A stretch of 46,971 nt of DNA from Bacillota bacterium. GTDB taxonomy: Bacteria; Bacillota; Clostridia; Peptostreptococcales; Acidaminobacteraceae. The first letter of the stretch is position 1, and every line of letters starts with the position of its first letter. The notes beneath the pieces were generated by a model. The model did not search any database. It was not told where the DNA came from and worked only from the letters and a program-made list of their open reading frames with translations. The stretch covers positions 1-46,971 of the forward strand of contig JAYENG010000147.1 of the NCBI GenBank assembly GCA_034721975.1, in the 5' to 3' direction. Below are positions 19,567 through 28,033 of the stretch, in pieces. A program made the translations under genes and the position numbers.

Positions 19567-20307
19567 GTGGGGATGTATATGCCAGAAGGCACAGGTTATT
19601 GCAGTAAAGAAAATCAAATAGTTAAATATATTCCCTTGGTTCAAAAAATTGTAGATATTTCGTTTGCGAATTATAATGGAGAGTTTGACAGGGATGATTT
19701 GATAAGCATCGGAATTATCGGACTCATGGACGCAATTGAAAAATATGATAGTTCAAAAAATGCATCTTTTGAAACTTATGCAAGATGGCGTGTCAAGGGA
19801 TCTATTTACGACGAACTTAGAGTTCATGGAAGAGTTTCAAGGACTAAAATGGATAAAGTAAATAAGTTGTATGCTACAGTAATAGAATTACAACAAAAAC
19901 TTATGAGAGAACCTACCGATCTCGAAGTGATGGAAAAATTGGGGATTACAAGTGCTGAACTCAATAAAATTTATTCATCAGTTCATTTTCTTTCAAGCTA
20001 TTCTTTAGATAAAATTATTTTTCATAAAGTCGATCAGGAATATACTCTAATAGATATTATTGAAGACAGTGATGCGAAGAATCCTGACGAAGTATTAGAA
20101 AACAAGGAAAGAAAAAAGATTTTAGGTTATGCAATTAAAAGTTTAAAAGAAAGAGAACAAGTACTTTTAAATCTTTTTTACTTTGAAGAATTACCTGTAA
20201 AAGATATTGCTGAAATTTTAAATGTTTCTTCTTCAAGGATTTCACAATTGCACGGTAAGTTATTGATTAAATTAAAAAATAGTATTAAAGAATATATGGA
20301 GATTTGA
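19567..20307 (+). CDS. fliA: Flagellar sigma factor FliA/SigD (sigma-28)
   Basis: Region 2 (DLISIGIIGLMDAIEKYD, YARWRVKGSIYDELR) and region 4 HTH (LPVKDIAEILNVSSSRISQLHGKLLIKLK). ATG at 19573/19579 are possible starts. Confidence 0.92.
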   Translation: MGMYMPEGTGYCSKENQIVKYIPLVQKIVDISFANYNGEFDRDDLISIGIIGLMDAIEKYDSSKNASFETYARWRVKGSIYDELRVHGRVSRTKMDKVNKLYATVIELQQKLMREPTDLEVMEKLGITSAELNKIYSSVHFLSSYSLDKIIFHKVDQEYTLIDIIEDSDAKNPDEVLENKERKKILGYAIKSLKEREQVLLNLFYFEELPVKDIAEILNVSSSRISQLHGKLLIKLKNSIKEYMEI

Positions 20308-20660
20308 TGATGGATCTATTATTGATAAGTATTGGAATATCATTTGTTATCTGGGGAGTTCATTCTAAGAGAAAAGAGAATGAATTCGATGAAATTTTTG
20401 ATGAAGTTGTAAATAATAGTGATGATGGCATAAATGATTTATATCCGTCTGCCGATATTGTTAATGTAAGCGACGATATTGTTGAAAGATTGAAGAACAT
20501 AGAGAATAGGATAGATCATTTAGAAGAGAAGAAAGAATCGGAATGTCGAAAACTTATAAATGACATGGATATTAAAAATAAATCAGTTGATGAGATATCA
20601 AAATTAACCGGGATGAATAAGGGGGAGATCTTATTATTAAAAAGATTTTCAAAAGAATAA
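20304..20660 (+). CDS. Small membrane-anchored protein with C-terminal HTH-like tail (post-fliA hypothetical)
   Basis: N-terminal TM LLLISIGISFVIWGV, an acidic/coiled middle, and SVDEISKLTGMNKGEILLLKR at the C-terminus. ATGA overlap with fliA. Confidence 0.6.
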   Translation: MMMDLLLISIGISFVIWGVHSKRKENEFDEIFDEVVNNSDDGINDLYPSADIVNVSDDIVERLKNIENRIDHLEEKKESECRKLINDMDIKNKSVDEISKLTGMNKGEILLLKRFSKE

Positions 20661-20845
20661 AGATAAACCCTGAATTTTTCATCGGTTTAGGTATAGGTTT
20701 GATATTATGCGGTTTGCTTATGTTGGTTTCGTCAGTTGATGAGTTGTCTGATTATGATATTGAAAAAAGAGCAAGAGATATGGGGATGATATATCCTGAC
20801 GAAATGAAAATAACTGATTTTTACAAGGAGGAAAAAAATGATTAG
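20633..20845 (+). CDS. Unannotated coding-like frame: small TM protein; start unresolved (ATT after GGGGGAG, or a frameshifted continuation of the previous ORF)
   Basis: Frame is open 20621-20845 and reads ..IKKIFKRIKINPEFFIGLGIGLILCGLLMLVSSVDELSDYDIEKRARDMGMIYPDEMKITDFYKEEKND. It fills the otherwise empty 177-nt gap and ends overlapping the next ATG. The first in-frame ATG (20720) would cut the TM helix. Confidence 0.4.
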   Translation: MIKKIFKRIKINPEFFIGLGIGLILCGLLMLVSSVDELSDYDIEKRARDMGMIYPDEMKITDFYKEEKND

Positions 20846-21602
20846 GGGATTGTATACAGCGACATCAGGAATGACAGTACAACAAAAAAGACAAGAAAAT
20901 ATTGCTAACAACTTGGCCAATGCTGAGACACCTTCTTTTAAAAAACAGACGCTTTTAGTAAAATCAGATGATGAAGTCAATGTAATAAAGAGTGAAAAGA
21001 CAGAAAGTGAAACAATAGGAAGTATTTCTTTAGGGTCAGAAATCGACGGTGTAAAGACAGATTTCTCTCAGGGATTAATAACTGAAACCGGAAAAGAACT
21101 CGATTATGCCATAGATGGTAATGCGTTTTTTCAGATTGTCGATGAAACCGGACAAAATGGGTTTTCTAGAAACGGAAGTTTAAATATTGATGGACTAGGC
21201 AATCTAATCAATAGTCAAGGGCATTATTTAATAGGTAAAAATGCTTTAAATGGCTTGACTGAGAAGATTAACCTACTGGATACTGAATTTAACATCAAGG
21301 GCGATGGAAGAATCATAGATAGAGATAATAATTTAAAATACTCAATGATAATCAGCGATTTTTCAAATTATGATGATTTGGAAAATTTAGGCAACGGAGT
21401 ATATATCAATAATAAAAACACAGAAGTCACAGAAGGTGATTTTAGGCTTATTCAAGGGTTTAAAGAAAACTCCAATGTGAACGTGTTGGATGAAATGGTT
21501 AAAATGATTGAGATTTCAAGGGCGTTTGAATCGAACCAAAGGGTTGTACAATCTATTGATCAAATGCTTTCAAAAGCAGTTAACGAAGTTGGGAAACTCT
21601 AG
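20838..21602 (+). CDS. flgF: Flagellar basal-body rod protein (FlgF/FlgG family)
   Basis: N-terminal ANNLANAETPSFKK and C-terminal ISRAFESNQRVVQSIDQML. AAGGAGG SD. Confidence 0.8.
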   Translation: MIRGLYTATSGMTVQQKRQENIANNLANAETPSFKKQTLLVKSDDEVNVIKSEKTESETIGSISLGSEIDGVKTDFSQGLITETGKELDYAIDGNAFFQIVDETGQNGFSRNGSLNIDGLGNLINSQGHYLIGKNALNGLTEKINLLDTEFNIKGDGRIIDRDNNLKYSMIISDFSNYDDLENLGNGVYINNKNTEVTEGDFRLIQGFKENSNVNVLDEMVKMIEISRAFESNQRVVQSIDQMLSKAVNEVGKL

Positions 21603-21615
21603 GAGGAGGGTTTAA

Positions 21616-22389
21616 ATGTATCGAATTTTAGGCACAGGAAGATCTGGTTTGGCAGCACTTCAAGAAAAACTAGATTTAATTTCTAACAATGTTGCTAATA
21701 GTCAAACTGATGGTTATAAAAGATTAGAAACAAATTTTGAGAGTTTATTGAGCGATTCAATAAAAAATAATGGAATACCTTTATCAAATATCGCAAGGCA
21801 GGGAAATCCTTCTATAGGAATCGGCTCAAAAGTTTCCAAGCCTTCTAGAGATACCGAACAAGGAGCTATAGTACAAAGTGAAAATCCTTATGCAATAGCT
21901 ATCGAAGGAGAAGGCTATTTCGGTATTTTAAATAAGGAAGATAATTTATATCTTGCTCGCAATGGCAATTTCAGGCTTTCTGAGAAAGGACACCTGGTTG
22001 ATGATTTAGGTAATGAAGTTGATGCGAAATATTTTTATGATGAGATATCATCAGAATCGATTCTTGAAATAACCGATTCAGGACAAATCAATAAAATGGA
22101 TGAATATGGCAACGTATCTACGGTGGGTCAGTTAAAACTCTATTCTATAGAAGATTATGATTTGTTGTTGGAAAATGGAAATGGGTATTTGGTGGCGGAT
22201 GAAATCGAATCTATAGATTTGGAAAACTCTAAAACCATATTGAGACAGGGTTATATAGAGAAATCCAATGTTGATATCGGCGAAGAACTTATTCAGATGA
22301 TTTCTACTCAAAGAGCATATGAGCTGAACACTAAATCACTAAGAGCGGCAGATGAAATGTGGTCTCTAGTCAATAATATGAGAAGATAA
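21616..22389 (+). CDS. flgG: Flagellar distal rod protein FlgG family
   Basis: N-terminal SNNVANSQTDGYKR and C-terminal STQRAYELNTKSLRAADEM. GGAGGAGGG SD. Confidence 0.85.
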   Translation: MYRILGTGRSGLAALQEKLDLISNNVANSQTDGYKRLETNFESLLSDSIKNNGIPLSNIARQGNPSIGIGSKVSKPSRDTEQGAIVQSENPYAIAIEGEGYFGILNKEDNLYLARNGNFRLSEKGHLVDDLGNEVDAKYFYDEISSESILEITDSGQINKMDEYGNVSTVGQLKLYSIEDYDLLLENGNGYLVADEIESIDLENSKTILRQGYIEKSNVDIGEELIQMISTQRAYELNTKSLRAADEMWSLVNNMRR

Positions 22390-22390
22390 A

Positions 22391-22420
22391 CAAGAGGGTA
22401 CTTAAAACAGTACCCTCTTG
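22391..22420 (+). terminator. Perfect 12-bp hairpin at the end of the flagellar operon (no clear U-tract)
   Basis: CAAGAGGGTACT-TAAAAC-AGTACCCTCTTG, beginning 2 nt after the flgG stop. Confidence 0.55.
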
Positions 22421-22421
22421 A

Positions 22422-23630
22422 ATGTACATGGAGGAAAGTCAAGAAATGAATCTTAAACGAAATATTAAACTTTTTTATATATATTCTATGTTTGACGAAT
22501 TACTGATTCTAGGACCGATTATAGTTATCTATCTTTTCTTCAAAGGATTGGCTTTCTCTGAAATCATGTTTTTACAATCGATTTCGGCTATAGCTATAGT
22601 CGTGTTCGAGGTTCCCACTGGTGCAATAGCAGATAAGATAGGCAGGAAGTTCAGCATCGGTCTCTCGAAGATAATGTGGATTCTAAGTCTTATTATTTAT
22701 ATAACAGGCAGTAGTTTTTTTCATTTCATGATTGCCGAGATTGTATTCAGTCTGGGGATAACGTTAAAATCCGGAGCGGATTCAGCCTTGCTTTATGACA
22801 CTCTTAAAATTTTAGATAGAACTGAGGAATTTACTGAAATTCAAGGGAAGGCAAGAAGTTATATTTATATAACTCAGGCTTTTGGTTCAATAGTGGCCAG
22901 TTTCGTCTACTCGATCAACGAATACATGCCGATGGTTTTTTCGATAGGATTCATGGCTATTGCTTTTATGATAGTGATGTTCTTTATCGAACCGCCGATA
23001 GAGGACAAAAAAGGAAAATATGGTGAGAAGTATTTCACGCAGATAAAAGAAAGCGGTAAATATGTGATTCATCACAGTAAAATAAGGGCGGTAGCAGTTT
23101 TTGCAATGATTTTCTTTGCATTCATGAGAGCTGGATTTTGGTTTTACCAACCATACATGGAATCTGTAAATATCGATGTCAAATACTTCGGAGTATTCTT
23201 TTTCTTTTTCAATATGACAGCCGCTTATTTCTCTAGAAACAGTTCTAGAATAATCAGCTTGACAAAGAGCAGAACATTCATGAGCATGCTCGGACTTTTA
23301 TTGGTATCATTTATTTTAATGGGAATTACTCCAATATGGTTGGGAGCATTATTCATCCTTCCTCAGCAGATGGCAAGAGGGATGTATGCGCCGATAATAA
23401 ATAAATATTCCAACAAATATATTCCTTCAAATAAAAGGGCGACTGTACTTTCTTTTATAAGTTTGGCTACATCCTTATCAGCCGCTATAATGCTGCCGCT
23501 TATAGGGCTTATGAAGGACAGGATCGATATATTTTCCAGTCATAATGTATTGTCGATAGCTTTGTTAATCAATTCGATAATATTATATTTCTACTTGAAA
23601 AAGAATATGAATAAAGGAGTTGTCGACTAG
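22422..23630 (+). CDS. MFS-type transporter
   Basis: About 12 predicted TM segments. MFS loop motif GAIADKIGRK between TM2 and TM3. The likely true start is ATG 22446 after GGAGGAAAG. Confidence 0.8.
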   Translation: MYMEESQEMNLKRNIKLFYIYSMFDELLILGPIIVIYLFFKGLAFSEIMFLQSISAIAIVVFEVPTGAIADKIGRKFSIGLSKIMWILSLIIYITGSSFFHFMIAEIVFSLGITLKSGADSALLYDTLKILDRTEEFTEIQGKARSYIYITQAFGSIVASFVYSINEYMPMVFSIGFMAIAFMIVMFFIEPPIEDKKGKYGEKYFTQIKESGKYVIHHSKIRAVAVFAMIFFAFMRAGFWFYQPYMESVNIDVKYFGVFFFFFNMTAAYFSRNSSRIISLTKSRTFMSMLGLLLVSFILMGITPIWLGALFILPQQMARGMYAPIINKYSNKYIPSNKRATVLSFISLATSLSAAIMLPLIGLMKDRIDIFSSHNVLSIALLINSIILYFYLKKNMNKGVVD

Positions 23631-23633
23631 AGA

Positions 23634-23647
23634 AAGTGTTTACATTT
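23634..23647. promoter_or_regulatory. GntR-type operator-like site 1 (AAGTGTTTACATTT)
   Basis: GT-N4-AC core. 12/14 identical to site 2, which lies 119 bp downstream. Confidence 0.35.
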
Positions 23648-23752
23648 GGATTATTAGGGTGTTTTTATTTGAAATACTACAAATATGACAAAATGAATAT
23701 GCGTAAACAAATTGACAATGAATAATTGTTAATATATTATTTAGTTGTAAGG

Positions 23753-23766
23753 AAGTGTATACAATT
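23753..23766. promoter_or_regulatory. GntR-type operator-like site 2 (AAGTGTATACAATT) between promoter and RBS of the GntR gene
   Basis: Contains the perfect palindrome TGTATACA. Lies downstream of TTGACA-N17-TATTAT (23712-23740). Confidence 0.4.
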
Positions 23767-23783
23767 ATATTGGAGGTATTTAA

Positions 23784-24455
23784 GTGGAACTTTTCGATCA
23801 AAAGAAAGATAATAAATCATTAACTACTTTAATTTTTGAGAAAATCAGAGAGGATATATTAAACGATGTTTATAAAAATGACGAAAAAATAATTGAAGCA
23901 AAAGTTGCTGAAGAAATGGGTGTATCCAGGACTCCTGTTAGAGAAGCGATAAAACAACTTGAATTGGACGGATTAGTTGAAAATATCCCTAATAGAGGAG
24001 TAATAGTTAAGGGAGTGACGGCTCAGGATGTAGAGGATATCTACACTATGCGATTGGCCATAGAGGGAATTGCTGCAAAATGGTCTGTTGAACGTATGTC
24101 GGAAGATTCCTTAAGAGATTTAAAAGATGTATACGAGTTAATGGAATTTTATACTGTGAAAAAAGATATCGAGAAGATATTCGAACTTAATACTCGATTT
24201 CATGAAGTTATTTACAAGGCTTCAAGCAGTCGCTATTTAGAACATGTGCTTACTGATTTTCAACAATTTATCAAATCTACTAGAAAATCATCATTGGCTT
24301 CAGAAGGTAGAGTTGAAGAAGCGCTAAAAGAACATAAGCAGATATTAGATGCGTTTTTAGCAAAAGATATAAAAGCAGCAACCGATGCACTGATTTACCA
24401 CATAGAGCATTCAAAATGGAATGCAGGTAAAATGGTTGATAGGACTACTAAGTAG
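23784..24455 (+). CDS. GntR-family transcriptional regulator with FadR-type C-terminal (FCD) domain
   Basis: Winged HTH (EAKVAEEMGVSRTPVREAIKQLELDGLVENIPNRGVIV) and a helical FCD-like C-half. GTG start after TGGAGG. Confidence 0.88.
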   Translation: MELFDQKKDNKSLTTLIFEKIREDILNDVYKNDEKIIEAKVAEEMGVSRTPVREAIKQLELDGLVENIPNRGVIVKGVTAQDVEDIYTMRLAIEGIAAKWSVERMSEDSLRDLKDVYELMEFYTVKKDIEKIFELNTRFHEVIYKASSSRYLEHVLTDFQQFIKSTRKSSLASEGRVEEALKEHKQILDAFLAKDIKAATDALIYHIEHSKWNAGKMVDRTTK

Positions 24456-24464
24456 TCCTTTTTG
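24442..24464 (+). terminator. Short hairpin plus T5 overlapping the GntR gene stop
   Basis: GGACTACT-A-AGTAGTCC palindrome followed by TTTTT. Confidence 0.5.
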
Positions 24465-24473
24465 CTGTTTATA

Positions 24474-24482
24474 TGGTATAAT
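24474..24482 (+). promoter_or_regulatory. Extended -10 promoter element (TGgTATAAT) for nadA
   Basis: TGGTATAAT lies 31 nt upstream of the nadA ATG. Confidence 0.5.
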
Positions 24483-24512
24483 ATATTGAATTTTAAAATG
24501 AGGAGTACATAA

Positions 24513-25418
24513 ATGGATAAAAAAGAATTGATTAAAGAAATAAATAGGTTGAAAATCGAGAAAAATGCAGTAATACTTGCACATAACTATCAAATCGGCG
24601 AGGTTCAAGATATTGCAGATTTCGTTGGGGATTCGCTACAATTGGCAAAGGAAGCGATAAAAGTCAAACAAGATTTAATTATTTTTTGTGGTGTGCATTT
24701 TATGGCAGAGAGTGCAAAAATACTGAATCCTTCAAAGAAAGTAATTTTACCGGTTAAAGAAGCTGGATGCCCTATGGCGGACATGGCTTCTGCTGAAGAA
24801 ATAAAAGAATTCAAGAAAAAAAATCCCGAGTTGAAGGTTGTTACTTATGTTAATTCATCTGCAGAAGTCAAAGCGGAGAGTTATGTGTGCTGTACCTCGG
24901 CAAATGCTGTAGATGTTGTAGAAAAAATTGGAGCAAAAGAAGTGTTGTTTGTACCAGATAAAAATTTAGGAAGTTTTGTAGATGAACAGATTGAAGATGT
25001 AGAAATAGTTAAATGGAAAGGATTTTGCCCAACACATGATTATGTCATATTGGAGGATGTTGAAATTATAAAAGAAAAGCATCCTGGAGTTAAGATTTTA
25101 GTTCATCCTGAATGCAGACCGGAAGTTTTTCATGCTGTAGATTTTGTAGGTTCTACTTCTCAGATTATTGAATTTGTAAAAAATAGTGATGATAAAAAAT
25201 TTATTATCGGAACTGAAAAGGGAATTATCCATTCGTTGAAAAAAGAGAACCCTGATAAAGAATTCATAATACTTACTGAGAAATTAATCTGTGAAAACAT
25301 GAAAAAGACAGGATTGGAAGATATTTATAGAGCATTGAAAAATGAAGAATTCGAAATTAGTCTTGATAAAGAAACAGCATTTAAGGCAAATAAAGCGTTA
25401 GAGAGGATGCTGAAATAA
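24513..25418 (+). CDS. nadA: Quinolinate synthase NadA
   Basis: VILAHNYQ, GDSLQLA and VHPEC motifs; 301 aa. Confidence 0.95.
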   Translation: MDKKELIKEINRLKIEKNAVILAHNYQIGEVQDIADFVGDSLQLAKEAIKVKQDLIIFCGVHFMAESAKILNPSKKVILPVKEAGCPMADMASAEEIKEFKKKNPELKVVTYVNSSAEVKAESYVCCTSANAVDVVEKIGAKEVLFVPDKNLGSFVDEQIEDVEIVKWKGFCPTHDYVILEDVEIIKEKHPGVKILVHPECRPEVFHAVDFVGSTSQIIEFVKNSDDKKFIIGTEKGIIHSLKKENPDKEFIILTEKLICENMKKTGLEDIYRALKNEEFEISLDKETAFKANKALERMLK

Positions 25419-25422
25419 CAAA

Positions 25423-26940
25423 ATGAGATATTTGACAAGTTTTAATACTGATTTATTGGAAACGATTGAGTGCGATGTATTGATTGTCGGCTCTGGAATA
25501 GCGGGACTATTTACTGCACTCAATATTGACGATTCCTTAAAAGTTTGCTTGATTTCAAAAGACGATTTGAAGACAAACAATTCATATCTGGCGCAGGGTG
25601 GTGTTGCTGTAACTTTCAATAAAGAAGATTTCCAAGGCCATATTGACGACACTTTTGAAGCTGGAGGATTTTATAATGATTTGCCGGCGGTTAAAGTTCT
25701 GATTGAAGAAGGTAGAAAAAACGTTGAAAAACTTATAGAATATGGAGTTGATTTTGACAAAGTAGATGGTGAAATATCATTTACAAGAGAGGGTGGTCAT
25801 TCAAAAAGAAGGATCATCCATAAAAAAGATTATACAGGTAAAGAAATAATTGAAAAATTGATACAGGTTGTGAAGCGAAGAGATAATATTCATTGTTATG
25901 AAAACGCTTTTTTAGTTGACGTCCTTACAGAGAATAATTCAGTAAGAGGATCAATTGTATTGATGAATGGGAAAGAGAACTTGATCAAAACAAATCACGT
26001 TGTGTTGGCGACTGGAGGAGTTGGAAAGTTATTTTTGAATTCTACAAACTCTTCTATATGTACAGGAGATGGAATAGCTGTTGCGTATAGAGCGGGAGCT
26101 GTTATTCAGGATATGGAATTCATTCAATTTCACCCTACACCATTTCATTCGAAGGGAGAGGCTTTTTTAATCTCGGAAGCTGTAAGAGGTGAAGGCGGCA
26201 TCTTAAGAAATGACAGCGGAGAAGCCTTTATGGAAAAATACCATTCTTTAAAAGACCTGGCTCCCAGAGACATTGTTTCAAGATCGATAATAAAAGAGCA
26301 GGAACTACAAGGAAATAAAGATATTTATCTTGATGTGACTCATTTTAAAAAGGGTTACTTTGAAAAAAGATTTCCAAGTATTTTCAATTATTGCATTTCT
26401 CAAAATGTAGATCCCAGGAAAGAGTGGATACCTGTCAACCCCTCAGCGCATTATTTAATGGGTGGGATAAAAACAGATCTCTTTGGAAGAACGAACATTG
26501 AAGGTCTTTATAGCTGTGGAGAATCTGCAAGAACAGGAGTTCAAGGAGCAAATAGATTGGCGTCGAATTCTCTATCGGAGGGTCTTGTTTATGGTAAAAG
26601 GGCATCAGACACAATCAATCATAGTGGAAAATTCGATATCAAAAAATGTTTTATAAAAAATGAAAAGTTGAATGAAGAAATTCTTGAATATAAAAATGAT
26701 GTTATTGTTTTAAAAACGATAATGGACAAATCGGTAAATATACTTAGAACAAGGACAAAACTTTTAAGTGCCAAGCATAGAATTCGGATGTTGGAAGATA
26801 AATATGGGCATATATATAGTTATGAAAAAGAGTTTTTAGAGTTTAAAAATATGATAACTGTATCTAGCTTAATCATAGAAATGGCTTTAAAGAGAAAAGA
26901 ATCTCTCGGCAGCCATTATTTGGAGAAGAATGATGAATAA
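25423..26940 (+). CDS. nadB: L-aspartate oxidase NadB
   Basis: FAD fold DVLIVGSGIAGL, plus AQGGVAV and HYLMGGI motifs. Confidence 0.95.
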   Translation: MRYLTSFNTDLLETIECDVLIVGSGIAGLFTALNIDDSLKVCLISKDDLKTNNSYLAQGGVAVTFNKEDFQGHIDDTFEAGGFYNDLPAVKVLIEEGRKNVEKLIEYGVDFDKVDGEISFTREGGHSKRRIIHKKDYTGKEIIEKLIQVVKRRDNIHCYENAFLVDVLTENNSVRGSIVLMNGKENLIKTNHVVLATGGVGKLFLNSTNSSICTGDGIAVAYRAGAVIQDMEFIQFHPTPFHSKGEAFLISEAVRGEGGILRNDSGEAFMEKYHSLKDLAPRDIVSRSIIKEQELQGNKDIYLDVTHFKKGYFEKRFPSIFNYCISQNVDPRKEWIPVNPSAHYLMGGIKTDLFGRTNIEGLYSCGESARTGVQGANRLASNSLSEGLVYGKRASDTINHSGKFDIKKCFIKNEKLNEEILEYKNDVIVLKTIMDKSVNILRTRTKLLSAKHRIRMLEDKYGHIYSYEKEFLEFKNMITVSSLIIEMALKRKESLGSHYLEKNDE

Positions 26941-27763
26941 ATTATTGATAGAGGATATTATAAAAAATGGGTTAAAAGAAGATATCAATTATTTCGATGC
27001 AACTACCGATTTGTTGATTGATGAAAAAGCTCAATCCAATGCATATTTGGTTTCTAAGGAAACGGGAATATTAGCTGGAGTTGAAGTTTTTAAACAGGTG
27101 TTTGAAATTTTGGGTGGAGATGTTGAATTTACGCAGAATTTTAACGATGGAGATTCTTTAGAACAAGGTGATGTGATTTTAGAATTGTTCGGAAATACTA
27201 GAACTATTTTAAAAGGCGAAAGACTTGCTCTAAATTTACTGCAAAGAATGTCTGGAATTGCCACTTTGGCAAGAGAATTTGCGGATAAGGTTAAGGGATT
27301 GGATACTAGAATTGTAGATACGAGAAAAACAACGCCGAATCTTAGAATACTGGAAAAATACGCAGTTGGAGTGGGAGGATGCTTTAATCATAGATATAAT
27401 TTATCAGATACCATGATGATTAAAGATAATCACATTCAAGCCGTGGGATCGATTAAAAAAGCGGTTGAACTTGGAAAAGAAAATATTCCTCATACGATGA
27501 AGATAGAAGTAGAGGTTAAAAATATCGAAGAGTTGAATGAAGCATTAGAGGCAAAAGCTGATATAATAATGCTTGATAACATGAGTGTCGAGGAAATGAG
27601 AAAATCGGTGGAAATCGCAAAAGGAAGGGCTGTTATCGAGGCTTCCGGCGGAGTTGCTCTCGACACCGTTAGAGAGATCGCTTCAACAGGAGTAGATGTT
27701 GTTTCTGTAGGAGCACTGACCCATTCATATAAAGCTTTGGATATAAGTTTGCTAATAAAATGA
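26930..27763 (+). CDS. nadC: Nicotinate-nucleotide pyrophosphorylase (quinolinate phosphoribosyltransferase) NadC
   Basis: ERLALNLLQRMSGIAT, DTRKTTP and IMLDNM motifs. Confidence 0.95.
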   Translation: MMNKLLIEDIIKNGLKEDINYFDATTDLLIDEKAQSNAYLVSKETGILAGVEVFKQVFEILGGDVEFTQNFNDGDSLEQGDVILELFGNTRTILKGERLALNLLQRMSGIATLAREFADKVKGLDTRIVDTRKTTPNLRILEKYAVGVGGCFNHRYNLSDTMMIKDNHIQAVGSIKKAVELGKENIPHTMKIEVEVKNIEELNEALEAKADIIMLDNMSVEEMRKSVEIAKGRAVIEASGGVALDTVREIASTGVDVVSVGALTHSYKALDISLLIK

Positions 27764-27780
27764 GACCTTTAAAAGGTCTC
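27762..27780. terminator. Bidirectional hairpin shared by convergent nadC and the omega-like gene
   Basis: GAGACCTT-TAA-AAGGTCTC, with T-rich sequence on both sides. Confidence 0.65.
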
Positions 27781-27974
27781 TATTCTTTATAATTATAGAA
27801 ATGTAAGGTATCATCAAGCAGTTCATCGATAGATGTATCTATAGCGTCGGATATCAAAATAGAATCATCTATTCTTCTAAGTTGTCTAGAACGCTTGGAA
27901 ATGATTTCTACCAATGCATAACGATTACCCGCAATGCGTATTAGTTTCTCTACAGGATACTTCACGTCTATCAC
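27780..27974 (-). CDS. rpoZ: RNA polymerase omega subunit-like protein
   Basis: NRYALVEIISKRSRQL matches the NRY.LV...AKRARQL core of RpoZ; 61-64 aa. GTG at 27965 has better GAGGTGA spacing than the GTG at 27974. Confidence 0.6.
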   Translation of the reverse strand: MIDVKYPVEKLIRIAGNRYALVEIISKRSRQLRRIDDSILISDAIDTSIDELLDDTLHFYNYKE

Positions 27975-28008
27975 CTCACTACTAGTATACCCTTTTAAAT
28001 TGTAAATA

Positions 28009-28017
28009 TGATATAAT
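28009..28017 (+). promoter_or_regulatory. Extended -10 element (TGaTATAAT) upstream of murI
   Basis: TGATATAAT lies about 20-30 nt upstream of the murI start region. Confidence 0.4.
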
Positions 28018-28033
28018 TTAATAAAAATTATTA

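Noticed and set aside
20631-20645. Programmed -1 ribosomal frameshift at the TTA-AAA-AGA / A5 run, joining ORF 20304-20660 to the hidden frame.
   Set aside because: The sequence is not a canonical X XXY YYZ heptamer (the A-site AGA cannot re-pair as AAG), and no downstream stimulatory structure is evident. It is kept only as a remote possibility within the hidden-ORF finding.
24456-24512. Possible riboswitch (NAD or related) in the nadA leader.
   Set aside because: The leader after the extended -10 is only about 30 nt, too short for any known aptamer. No conserved structure is visible.
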